A stretch of DNA of 23,120 bases from the NCBI GenBank assembly GCA_937907055.1, contig CALCTW010000114.1, positions 1 to 23,120 of the forward strand, given 5' to 3'. A model generated the notes under the pieces. That model saw only the letters and a list, made by a program, of their open reading frames with translations. It was not told the origin of the DNA and ran no database searches. Both the position numbers and the translations under genes were made by a program. The stretch comes from an uncultured Clostridia bacterium (GTDB lineage: Bacteria; Bacillota; Clostridia; Christensenellales; Aristaeellaceae). The first letter of the stretch is position 1. Each line of letters starts with the position of its first letter. Shown here piece after piece: positions 1 to 7,481 of this stretch.

Positions 1-128
1 ATGGAATAGGCATCCACGCCGTAGGAGGCGTTGAAGGCCTTCACTTCTTCAAAGTCCTTGAAGCCGTATTTGTCCAGCACAGGCTGCAGCTGGGGCATAC
101 GACCTTCATAGTTTTCAAACAGAGCCAT
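1..128 (-). CDS. GGGtGRT-family protein, N-terminal ~42 codons only (the gene runs off the left edge)
   Basis: ATG at 126-128 sits 9 nt after AGGAGG. The translation is MALFENYEGRMPQLQPVLDKYGFKDFEEVKAFNASYGVDAYS. As I recall it, this N-terminus resembles the GGGtGRT family, which normally lies directly downstream of the NifU-like gene. High-GC3 codon bias matches the neighbouring gene. Confidence 0.5.
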   Translation of the reverse strand, partial: MALFENYEGRMPQLQPVLDKYGFKDFEEVKAFNASYGVDAYS

Positions 129-145
129 TTTCGTATACCTCCTTC

Positions 146-850
146 TTACTTGTCAGTGCGGGGATCGATCCACTTCACGGCGCCGTCCTCGGCCTTGAAG
201 CGGCCATAGGTGCCGATGTTCTTCTCGTAGGCTTCGTTGGGGGACATGCCCTTCTTGATGGCGTCCATCATCTTGCCCAGAGACAGATACTGATAACCGC
301 ACACCTGATCGTCCTTGTCCAGAGCCATCTCCAGCACGTAGCCTTCGGTCATCTCCAGATAACGGGTGCCCTTGGCCTTGGTGCCGTACATGGTGCCGAC
401 CATGGAGCGCAGGCCCTTGCCCAGGTCTTCCAGACCGGCGCCGATCTTCAGACCGTCATCAGAGAAAGCGCTCTGGGTGCGGCCGTAAACGATCTGCAGG
501 AACAGTTCGCGCATCGCGGTGTTGATCGCGTCGCAAACAAGGTCGGTATTCAGAGCTTCCAGAATGGTCTTGCCGGGCAGGATCTCGGCAGCCATAGCGG
601 CAGAGTGAGTCATACCGGAGCAGCCGACAGTCTCGACCAGCGCTTCATGAATGATGCCGTCCTTGACGTTCAGGCTCAGCTTGCAGGTGCCCTGCTGAGG
701 AGCGCACCAACCAATGCCGTGGGTGTAACCGGAAATATCCTTGATCTCTTTTGCCTGAATCCACTTGCCTTCTTCAGGGATAGGCGCAGGACCATGCTTG
801 GGGCCTTTGCAAACGCAAACCATCTCTTCCACTTCACGCGTATATTGCAT
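146..850 (-). CDS. NifU-N-like iron-sulfur cluster scaffold-type protein (234 aa)
   Basis: This is ORF 146..904. I place the real start at ATG 848-850 (MQYTREVEEM...) because AGGAGG lies 8 nt upstream at 861-866. The Cys-containing stretch GIGWCAPQQGTC...VETVGCSGMTHSAA is typical of NifU/IscU-like folds. Stop is TAA. Confidence 0.7.
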   Translation of the reverse strand: MQYTREVEEMVCVCKGPKHGPAPIPEEGKWIQAKEIKDISGYTHGIGWCAPQQGTCKLSLNVKDGIIHEALVETVGCSGMTHSAAMAAEILPGKTILEALNTDLVCDAINTAMRELFLQIVYGRTQSAFSDDGLKIGAGLEDLGKGLRSMVGTMYGTKAKGTRYLEMTEGYVLEMALDKDDQVCGYQYLSLGKMMDAIKKGMSPNEAYEKNIGTYGRFKAEDGAVKWIDPRTDK

Positions 851-909
851 GGAAAAGTTCCTCCTTGAGAATATTGTTGTGACACACAAAACCTGTGTGA
901 CCATTAAAA

Positions 910-938
910 ATTATACCATAAGTAGAACAGGAATGAAA
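910..938 (-). promoter_or_regulatory. Putative sigma-A promoter for the NifU-like/GGGtGRT genes
   Basis: The minus strand reads TTTCAT-N17-(TGg)TATAAT, an extended -10 at 910-918. That leaves a leader of about 50 nt containing a TGTGAC direct repeat. Confidence 0.4.
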
Positions 939-980
939 AGGGGGAAACGAAGGTTTTTTAAGACATTTTTTGCTCAAACT

Positions 981-1030
981 AAAAATTTAAAAGGCATCAT
1001 GAACATATGATATGTTCATAAATGCCTTTT
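981..1030 (-). terminator. Rho-independent terminator after the HPr-like gene
   Basis: Long hairpin: 989-997 pairs with 1022-1030, and 999-1006 pairs with 1012-1019. On the minus strand it is followed by a TTTTT run. Confidence 0.7.
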
Positions 1031-1054
1031 AAATCTGATTATCTTTTAACCGGA

Positions 1055-1282
1055 TCAGATGGAGAATTTCTTGATATCATTCGCCAGATCATCACATTCG
1101 TCATTGTAGACATCCAGGCTGATCGGCTTGCTGAGATCCAGAGAGAAGATACCCAGAATGGACTTTGCATCGACCACATGACGGCCGGCGCGAAGATCCA
1201 TTTCGTAAGGATAACGATTCACGGTGTTAACGAACTCTTTTACCTCTTCGGCATAACTGAGTTTGATCGGAATAGAGCGCAT
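1055..1282 (-). CDS. HPr-family phosphocarrier-like protein (75 aa) lacking the His15 active-site motif
   Basis: The ORF has an AGGAGGA RBS. The segment VDAKSILGIFSLDL matches the HPr Ser46 region (KSIMG..SL). No GIHARPA-type His15 motif is present in the N-terminus. Stop is TGA. Confidence 0.6.
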   Translation of the reverse strand: MRSIPIKLSYAEEVKEFVNTVNRYPYEMDLRAGRHVVDAKSILGIFSLDLSKPISLDVYNDECDDLANDIKKFSI

Positions 1283-1320
1283 GGGAGAGTCCTCCTTCTT
1301 GTATTGTACTTGTTAATTTA

Positions 1321-1348
1321 ATTATACCATTCGGGCTGTAAATTGCAA
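1321..1348 (-). promoter_or_regulatory. Putative sigma-A promoter for the HPr-like gene
   Basis: The minus strand reads TTGCAA-N16-(TGg)TATAAT, immediately downstream of the gltX stop. Confidence 0.5.
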
Positions 1349-1355
1349 TAGCAAA

Positions 1356-2798
1356 TCACAGTTTTGCAACGGAAGATTCAATGCGCTTCATAGTTTCTTC
1401 CCTACCAAGCAGGTAAGCGATCTCAAAAGCGCCGCCGGGCGTGGATTCCAGACCGCTGATGGCGATACGGAGCGGCCAGAGAACAGCACCGTTCTTCTTT
1501 CCGCTCTCGGCAATCGCGGCCATAACAACATCATGGATGTTCTGTTCATTCCAATCGGTGATGTTCTCGAGAATGGGCTTAATGAAGAGCAGATTTTCCT
1601 TCGCCACCTCAGGATTGGTCTTCATCTTCTTGTGCGTATACAGATCATTGCTGAATTCCGGCATTTCCGCAAGGAAAGCTACCATATCCGGAATGTTCTT
1701 AAAAACATCCGTACGGCTCTGCATCAGTTCGGCCAGACGCTTATAGTCGATATTTTTACCGGCAAGAACTTTGTCGAACCATGGCGTAGCCATTTCAAGA
1801 TACTTCTCAGCCGGCAATTCACTGATGTAATGCGCGTTGAACCAGGTAAGCTTGCTGACATCAAAGATACCGGGTGCCTTATTGATATGCTTTACGTCAA
1901 ACGCTTCCACAAGCTCTTCAAGCGTAAAGAATTCGCGGTCATCGCCCGGATTCCAGCCAACCAGCGCAAGATAGTTGATCAGTGCTTCCTTCAGATATCC
2001 CTTTTCAACATAGTCGCTGTAATAGGCATCACCGTCACGTTTACTCAGCTTGTGCTGGGCATCGCGCATAACAGGCGGCATATGGATATACTGGGGGATC
2101 TGCCAGCCGAAAGCATCATAAAGCAGATTGTACTTGGGAGTAGAAGAAAGATACTCCATTCCGCGCATGACATAGGTGATATTCATCAGATGGTCGTCAA
2201 TGACATTCGCGAAATTGTATGTAGGCATGCCGTCTGCCTTGATCAGGATCATGTCATCCAGCGTATCGTTCGGGAAGGAAAGCTCACCGAACACCAGATC
2301 GTTATAAACAGTGGTACCGGTCGTGGGGCAGTTCATGCGGATAACATAGGGGATACCCGCGTCCAGCTTTGCCTGCACTTCTTCTTTGGAAAGATTCATG
2401 CAATGCTTGTCATACTTGAATACTTCGCCCTTCGCCTCACAGGCGGCACGGCGTTCATCCAGTTCTTCCTTAGTGCAGAAGCAGTAATAAGCATGTCCGG
2501 TCTCGACCAGCTTCTGCGCGTAGGGAAGATAGAGCGCTTTACGCTCGCTCTGAATATAAGGTCCGTACTCACCGCCGACATCCGGTCCTTCATCCCAATC
2601 AATACCGCAGCCGCGGAGGGTATCATAAATGACCTGTGTAGCGCCTTCAACAAAGCGCTCCTGATCGGTATCTTCGATACGGAGAATGAATTTACCGTTA
2701 TTCTTCTTGGCGAACAGGTAGCCATAGAGGGCGCTACGAAGACCGCCAAGATGCATGAACCCCGTGGGAGAGGGGGCAAATCTGGTTCTGACTTCCAT
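1356..2798 (-). CDS. gltX: Glutamate--tRNA ligase
   Basis: 480 aa. It has a class I HIGH-type motif (PSPTGFMHLGG) and a KMSKS-type motif (HKLSKRDG), with overall GluRS-like sequence. The RBS is AGGAGTA. It lies 21 nt downstream of glnS. Stop is TGA. Confidence 0.92.
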   Translation of the reverse strand: MEVRTRFAPSPTGFMHLGGLRSALYGYLFAKKNNGKFILRIEDTDQERFVEGATQVIYDTLRGCGIDWDEGPDVGGEYGPYIQSERKALYLPYAQKLVETGHAYYCFCTKEELDERRAACEAKGEVFKYDKHCMNLSKEEVQAKLDAGIPYVIRMNCPTTGTTVYNDLVFGELSFPNDTLDDMILIKADGMPTYNFANVIDDHLMNITYVMRGMEYLSSTPKYNLLYDAFGWQIPQYIHMPPVMRDAQHKLSKRDGDAYYSDYVEKGYLKEALINYLALVGWNPGDDREFFTLEELVEAFDVKHINKAPGIFDVSKLTWFNAHYISELPAEKYLEMATPWFDKVLAGKNIDYKRLAELMQSRTDVFKNIPDMVAFLAEMPEFSNDLYTHKKMKTNPEVAKENLLFIKPILENITDWNEQNIHDVVMAAIAESGKKNGAVLWPLRIAISGLESTPGGAFEIAYLLGREETMKRIESSVAKL

Positions 2799-2819
2799 AG
2801 GATACTCCTTTAAAGATGA

Positions 2820-4517
2820 TTATTGAGGCTTGTAGCTGTCTTTCAGGCTGACAACACGGTTGTAGACAGCAGTTTCGGAAGAACTGTCCTTATCCTTGCA
2901 GAAATAACCGGTGCGAAGGAACTGGAAGGTGGTGCCGACAGGGGATTCCGCCAGCACATGCTCGCCATAGCCATGCGCAACATGCAGAGAATCGGGATTA
3001 AGGCGGCTGATAAAGTCCTTCTTTTCGGCTGCTTCTTCGCCTTCGGTCTCTTCGCTTTCCGCGGTGTCATCATTGAGCAGGGGCTCATAAAGGCGGCCTT
3101 CAACCTTGCAGCAGTTATTGGCATCCACCCAGTGGAGCGTACCCTTTACCTTGCGATCGGCACCCGGAGTGCCGCTGCGGCTGTCAAGATCAACAGAGCA
3201 TTCAAGATGATCGATGGTACCGTCAGCGTTCTTGACAACTTTCTCACACTTGATGATATAAGCACCCTTCAGACGAACCTCGCCATCGGGCTTAAGACGG
3301 AAGAACTTCTTGGGAGCTTCTTCCATGAAATCTTCCTTTTCGATCCAGATCTCATTGCTGATGGTAACCTTGCGGCTGCCCATTTCAGGATGATCGGGAT
3401 GATTCTCCATTTCAAGCGTATCAACAAAACCTTCGGGCCAGTTGGTCAGCACCACCTTCAGCGGATCCAGCACAGCCATGGCACGAGCGGCCTTGTCGCC
3501 CAGATCTTCACGGACACAATGTTCCAGCATCGCGTAATCCACAGTGCTGTCCGCCTTAGAGAGGCCGACAAGTTCAATAAAGGAGCGGATCGCGGCGGGA
3601 GTAAATCCGCGGCGGCGCATTGCGCACAGCGTGGGCATACGGGGATCATCCCACCCGGAGACATAGCCTTCCTCAACCAGACGGCGGAGGTAACGCTTGC
3701 TCATGATCGTACGGGTAATATTCAGACGGGCAAATTCGATCTGACGGGGACCATGATAACCTTCTTTGGCAGTACGGAACCCCGCGTTCTCAACCACCCA
3801 GTCGTACAGCGGACGATGTGCTTCGAACTCGAGGCTGCACAGAGAATGGGTGATCCCTTCGAGCGCGTCGCTGATGGGATGCGCGAAATCGTACATGGGG
3901 TAGATGCACCAAGTATCGCCGGTGCGATGATGATGCTTGTACAGGATACGATACATGGCAGGGTCACGCATATTCATATTGGGGCTTGCCATATCGATCT
4001 TCGCACGCAGGATCATCTTTCCCTCGGGGAACTCGCCCTTGCGCATACGGCGGAAAAGATCAAGGCTTTCTTCCGCGGGACGATCACGCCAGGGGCTGTT
4101 CTTGCCGGGCGTTGTCAAAGTGCCGCGATATTCGCGCATCTCATCCTGAGAAAGCTCATCCACATAAGCCAAACCGCGCTTGATAAAATCTTCAGCGATC
4201 TCATAGATCTTCTCGTAATATTCGCTGGCGTAATACATACCGCCGTTCCAGTTGAAACCAAGCCATTTGATATCTTCCTGAATACCATCCACATATTCAG
4301 TATCTTCTTTGGAAGGATTGGTATCATCAAAACGGAGATTGCATAATCCGCCGTATTTTTCAGCAGTACCAAAGTCTGTTATAAGCGCTTTGCAATGCCC
4401 GATATGCAGATATCCGTTCGGTTCAGGAGGAAAACGGGTGTGGATGCTGTTGCACCATCCGCTTTCAAGATCTTTATCGATAAAATCCCAAATAAAGTTC
4501 GTACGTTCGGTTTCCAT
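2820..4517 (-). CDS. glnS: Glutamine--tRNA ligase
   Basis: 565 aa. It has PEPNGYLHIGH (HIGH) and IMSKR (KMSKS) motifs and a GlnRS-like C-terminal anticodon-binding region. AGGAGG RBS (plus-strand cctcct at 4525-4530). Stop is TAA. Confidence 0.9.
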   Translation of the reverse strand: METERTNFIWDFIDKDLESGWCNSIHTRFPPEPNGYLHIGHCKALITDFGTAEKYGGLCNLRFDDTNPSKEDTEYVDGIQEDIKWLGFNWNGGMYYASEYYEKIYEIAEDFIKRGLAYVDELSQDEMREYRGTLTTPGKNSPWRDRPAEESLDLFRRMRKGEFPEGKMILRAKIDMASPNMNMRDPAMYRILYKHHHRTGDTWCIYPMYDFAHPISDALEGITHSLCSLEFEAHRPLYDWVVENAGFRTAKEGYHGPRQIEFARLNITRTIMSKRYLRRLVEEGYVSGWDDPRMPTLCAMRRRGFTPAAIRSFIELVGLSKADSTVDYAMLEHCVREDLGDKAARAMAVLDPLKVVLTNWPEGFVDTLEMENHPDHPEMGSRKVTISNEIWIEKEDFMEEAPKKFFRLKPDGEVRLKGAYIIKCEKVVKNADGTIDHLECSVDLDSRSGTPGADRKVKGTLHWVDANNCCKVEGRLYEPLLNDDTAESEETEGEEAAEKKDFISRLNPDSLHVAHGYGEHVLAESPVGTTFQFLRTGYFCKDKDSSSETAVYNRVVSLKDSYKPQ

Positions 4518-4548
4518 AAGGATTCCTCCTTTTGATATATACTTTTAT

Positions 4549-4577
4549 ATTATAAAACATACAAAACACATTTACAA
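4549..4577 (-). promoter_or_regulatory. Putative sigma-A promoter for glnS-gltX
   Basis: The minus strand reads TTGTAA-N17-TATAAT. The predicted leader is only about 25 nt, so there is no room for a T-box. Confidence 0.5.
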
Positions 4578-4630
4578 GATAAACCTAATCCATTAGTTGA
4601 TTAATTCGATCATCAAAGATAAAAATATAA

Positions 4631-4668
4631 TAAAAAAGCACCGGCGCCTAAAAAGCAGACGCCGATGC
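4631..4668 (-). terminator. Rho-independent terminator after the zinc-ribbon gene
   Basis: GC-rich stem: 4638-4646 (gcaccggcg) pairs with 4660-4668 (cgccgatgc, one G-U pair). On the minus strand it is followed by a T6 run. Confidence 0.75.
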
Positions 4669-4688
4669 CTGTTTAAATCGTGAACCGA

Positions 4689-4985
4689 TTAATACTGGGG
4701 ACGATTCTTCTGATAGCAATCGCGGCAGTAGACGGGACGATCTCCGCGGGGCTGGAAGGGCACCTGAGTGGTGCAACCGCAGCCATCGCAAACAACTTCA
4801 TACATCTGACGTTCGCCACGAGGAGCAGCGCCACCGTTGTTCTGAGCACGACGGGCGGCACGGCAAGCGGGGCAACGGCCGGGCTCGTTCTGGAAGCCCT
4901 TTTCGGCGTAGAAAGCCTGCTCGTTAGCGGTGAAGGTGAATTCCTGGCCGCATTCACGGCAAGTGAGGGTCTTGTCCTGATACAT
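4689..4985 (-). CDS. Double zinc-ribbon protein (N-terminal CxxC...CxxC zinc ribbon plus C-terminal CxxC-x17-CxxC domain), function unknown
   Basis: 98 aa: CRECG...CPACR and CDGCG-x17-CRDCY. AGGAGGA RBS. Codon usage is very biased toward high GC3, which suggests high expression. Stop is TAA. Confidence 0.8.
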   Translation of the reverse strand: MYQDKTLTCRECGQEFTFTANEQAFYAEKGFQNEPGRCPACRAARRAQNNGGAAPRGERQMYEVVCDGCGCTTQVPFQPRGDRPVYCRDCYQKNRPQY

Positions 4986-5120
4986 AACTGTATCCTCCTA
5001 AATAATTATCCAAACCGAATTGATACGATTAGCTGTTTCCATGGGCCCTTCATCAGTCAGATTGGACGATCACTAGATCCGGGAAGTACACCTACGTCGC
5101 TTAGGCTTGGTACATAACGC

Positions 5121-5148
5121 ATTATAGCACAACTTCAGCCGATTGCAA
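5121..5148 (-). promoter_or_regulatory. Near-consensus sigma-A promoter for the zinc-ribbon gene, giving a ~125-nt leader
   Basis: The minus strand reads TTGCAA-N16-(TGc)TATAAT. Confidence 0.55.
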
Positions 5149-5320
5149 TATTTTTTGATTACGAATCTTCAAATTTTCTTATCAAAAAAAGGACATACGA
5201 ACGTTCGGATTTTTAAGGCTTTAACATGATGGATGTTTGCGGTCATGATAGAAATGTTCAAGTATGAACATGTAATGGTCGCAAAAACGATGTCATCAGG
5301 TACTGAATAAGAAGAAACAG

Positions 5321-5349
5321 TTGAAATAAGCGAACTTCTATGTTAATAT
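5321..5349 (+). promoter_or_regulatory. Putative sigma-A promoter for plsX
   Basis: TTGAAA-N17-TAATAT with a TGn extension (tgtTAATAT), about 35 nt upstream of the start codon. Confidence 0.5.
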
Positions 5350-5387
5350 GAAACAGTATTCCTGATAAGGACAGAAGGGGAATGAAC

Positions 5388-6395
5388 ATGGTCAGGATTT
5401 ATTTAGATGCAATGGGCGGAGATAACGCGCCTGAGTGCACTGTAAACGGCGCGATCGAGGCGCTTCGTAATGATTCGGATATTACGATCACACTTGCCGG
5501 TATCCGTTCCGAGATAGAAAAGTATCTGTTGAACTGTGACGATGTGATGCCTCGCATCGAGATCGATGAATGCAGCGAGATCATTACAAACGATGAAGCG
5601 CCTGTAATGGCGGTTCGTCATAAGAAAGATTCCGCGCAGGTCAAAGGTATGTTGGCTGTCCGTGACGGCAAACAGGATGGATTTGTTTCAGCGGGTTCTA
5701 CCGGCGCGACGCTCGCCGGCGGTCTTTTCCGTCTTCGCTGTATTGAGGGGATCGACCGGCCCGCTCTGGCTCCGCTTCTTCCGAATGGAAAGGGCTATTT
5801 CTGCCTGATCGACTGCGGCGCGAATGTAGATTGCTTGCCTGAATATCTGCCTCAGTTTGCTGTAATGGGCAGTGCCTACATGAAGCACATGATGGGAATG
5901 GAAAATCCCCGTGTCGGACTTGTGAATATCGGCGCTGAATCCGAAAAGGGAAACGCGCTTGTCAAGGCTGTGTATCCCATGATGGAAGCCGGTCCCTTCA
6001 ACTTTGTCGGAAATGTTGAAGGACGCGATATCACAAATGATCAGGCAGATGTCATTGTTTGCGACGGCTTCAGCGGCAACCTCATCCTTAAATTCATGGA
6101 AGGCCTTGCCATTACGCTGCTTGGCATGATGAAAGAAGAATTAGGCTCTGATATCCGCGGAAAATTCGGCTATCTGATGGCCAAGCCAAATTTCCGGCGT
6201 TTTAAGAAGCGCATGGATTATCACGAAGTCGGCGGCGCTCCGCTCCTCGGTGTAAACGGGGCCGTTGTAAAGGCACACGGCAGCAGCAACGCGCATGCCA
6301 TCGCCTGCGCAATCCGTCAGTGCAAGAAAATGGTGGATAATAAAGTTGTAGACGCGATCCGTGAAGGCGTCAAGGGCAGTATGCTCGAACAGTGA
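5388..6395 (+). CDS. plsX: Phosphate acyltransferase PlsX
   Basis: N-terminal MGGDNAP motif and PlsX-like sequence throughout. I prefer ATG 5388 (GAAGGGG lies 7 nt upstream). ATG 5382 is the alternative start. Stop is TGA. Confidence 0.9.
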   Translation: MVRIYLDAMGGDNAPECTVNGAIEALRNDSDITITLAGIRSEIEKYLLNCDDVMPRIEIDECSEIITNDEAPVMAVRHKKDSAQVKGMLAVRDGKQDGFVSAGSTGATLAGGLFRLRCIEGIDRPALAPLLPNGKGYFCLIDCGANVDCLPEYLPQFAVMGSAYMKHMMGMENPRVGLVNIGAESEKGNALVKAVYPMMEAGPFNFVGNVEGRDITNDQADVIVCDGFSGNLILKFMEGLAITLLGMMKEELGSDIRGKFGYLMAKPNFRRFKKRMDYHEVGGAPLLGVNGAVVKAHGSSNAHAIACAIRQCKKMVDNKVVDAIREGVKGSMLEQ

Positions 6396-6461
6396 ATTGC
6401 TACAATACAGCGCATTCGTGCTGATATTGAATAAAAAGTGAATCAACAGGAGGTTGTTAAT

Positions 6462-6692
6462 ATGTCTACTTACGAACAGGTCGCCCAGATGATCGCAAAG
6501 CAGTTGAGAATCGATGTGAAGGATATCACTCCCGAAAAGAGACTTCTGGAAGATCTCAAGGCTGACAGCGCCAACATCATGGTCATGATCATGGATATGG
6601 AAGATACCTTCGATATGACAGTTGAGGATGAAGCCATCACCTCTCTGCGCACGGTCTCTGACATCGTGAACTACATCGAACAGAATAAGTAA
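6462..6692 (+). CDS. acpP: Acyl carrier protein
   Basis: 76 aa from ATG 6462, with AGGAGG 8 nt upstream. The ORF-track start at 6438 is a GTG with no RBS. The phosphopantetheine-site motif is DLKADSAN. Stop is TAA. Confidence 0.85.
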   Translation: MSTYEQVAQMIAKQLRIDVKDITPEKRLLEDLKADSANIMVMIMDMEDTFDMTVEDEAITSLRTVSDIVNYIEQNK

Positions 6693-6702
6693 GCACCGGG
6701 TC

Positions 6703-6773
6703 CCTCTTTGTGCATGCACAGAGATGGTTCACGGAACAGGTCGCTGCCGGAGAGAACGCCTCTCCGGCAGCGA
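6703..6773 (+). promoter_or_regulatory. Two stem-loops in the acpP-rnc spacer (attenuator or processing site candidate)
   Basis: The first hairpin is 6703-6723 (tctttgtgcatgcacagaga). The second has a perfect 14-bp stem, 6741-6754 pairing with 6760-6773, with loop aacgc. No clear U-tract follows. Confidence 0.4.
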
Positions 6774-6800
6774 TATGTATCGCGAAAAGAGGATAACGGC

Positions 6801-7481
6801 ATGGTCGATTATACCGAACTCGAAAACAATCTTGGTCATCATTTTCGTGATGAACGGTTGTTGATTAATGCGCTCACGCATCCATCCTTTATGAAAGAGC
6901 GCAGCAATCAGCGACTGGAGTTTCTTGGGGATGCTGTATTGCAGCTGGCGATCAGCGATGTGCTGTATAAAACCCATACATCCGTTCAGGAGGGCGCGCT
7001 GACAAATCTGCGTCAGCACCTTGTCTGTCAGGATGCGCTTGCACAAGTGGCAAGGAAGATCGGCCTTGGCACTTTTTTACGTATGGACAAAGGCTGTGAG
7101 ATCGGCGGAGGCCGCGAAAACGACAGTGTTCTGAGTGACGCGATGGAAGCCGTATTGGCGGCTGTTTATCTTGACGCGGGATATATTCCCGCGAAGAAGA
7201 TCATTGAATCCTTATGGCCGCTTTCCGATGCGGAGGAATTCAGTGACAGCAAGAGCGCGCTGCAGGAGTATCTGCAAAAACGCGGTCAATCCCAGCCGCA
7301 TTATGAGATCCTTGATGAAAGCGGCCCGGATCATAATAAACGTTTCACTGTTGCTGTATTTGTCAATGACCTACCGCTCGGGAAGGGGATCGGTACCAGC
7401 AAGAAACGCGCAGAACAGGCAGCGGCAAGAGAAGCCCTGAAAGAGTTGAAGAAGGCAGATAACTGCGGAGGAACGAAATGA
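6801..7481 (+). CDS. rnc: Ribonuclease III
   Basis: 226 aa from ATG 6801, with an AGAGGA RBS. It has the RNase III signature QRLEFLGDAVL and a C-terminal dsRBD (KSALQEY...KKRAEQAAAREAL). The stop TGA overlaps the smc start (ATGA). Confidence 0.9.
   Translation: MVDYTELENNLGHHFRDERLLINALTHPSFMKERSNQRLEFLGDAVLQLAISDVLYKTHTSVQEGALTNLRQHLVCQDALAQVARKIGLGTFLRMDKGCEIGGGRENDSVLSDAMEAVLAAVYLDAGYIPAKKIIESLWPLSDAEEFSDSKSALQEYLQKRGQSQPHYEILDESGPDHNKRFTVAVFVNDLPLGKGIGTSKKRAEQAAAREALKELKKADNCGGTK

Noticed and set aside
871-902. TTGTGAC sequences in the NifU-like leader as a possible Rex or CRP-type site.
   Set aside because: The two TGTGAC copies are direct repeats, not inverted. No TCACA partner lies at the correct spacing. 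They are kept only as a low-confidence repeat.
146-904. N-terminal extensions in the ORF track: 146..904, 6438..6692, 6708..7481, 16657..16911, 14709..16391 and 21395..22183.
   Set aside because: The upstream-most starts lack a Shine-Dalgarno sequence or use GTG/TTG inside the preceding gene. In each case an internal ATG with a well-spaced AGGAGG-type RBS gives the expected protein N-terminus.
4518-4688. Possible T-box or other riboswitch upstream of glnS.
   Set aside because: A good promoter lies only about 25 nt from the RBS. The rest of the spacer is the terminator of the upstream zinc-ribbon gene. No specifier or antiterminator architecture is visible.
5291-5310. AGGTACT-containing sequence upstream of plsX, resembling half of a FapR-type operator.
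   Set aside because: Only about 4 of 7 positions are palindromic (TCATCAGGTACTGA), and no fapR gene is present in the cluster.
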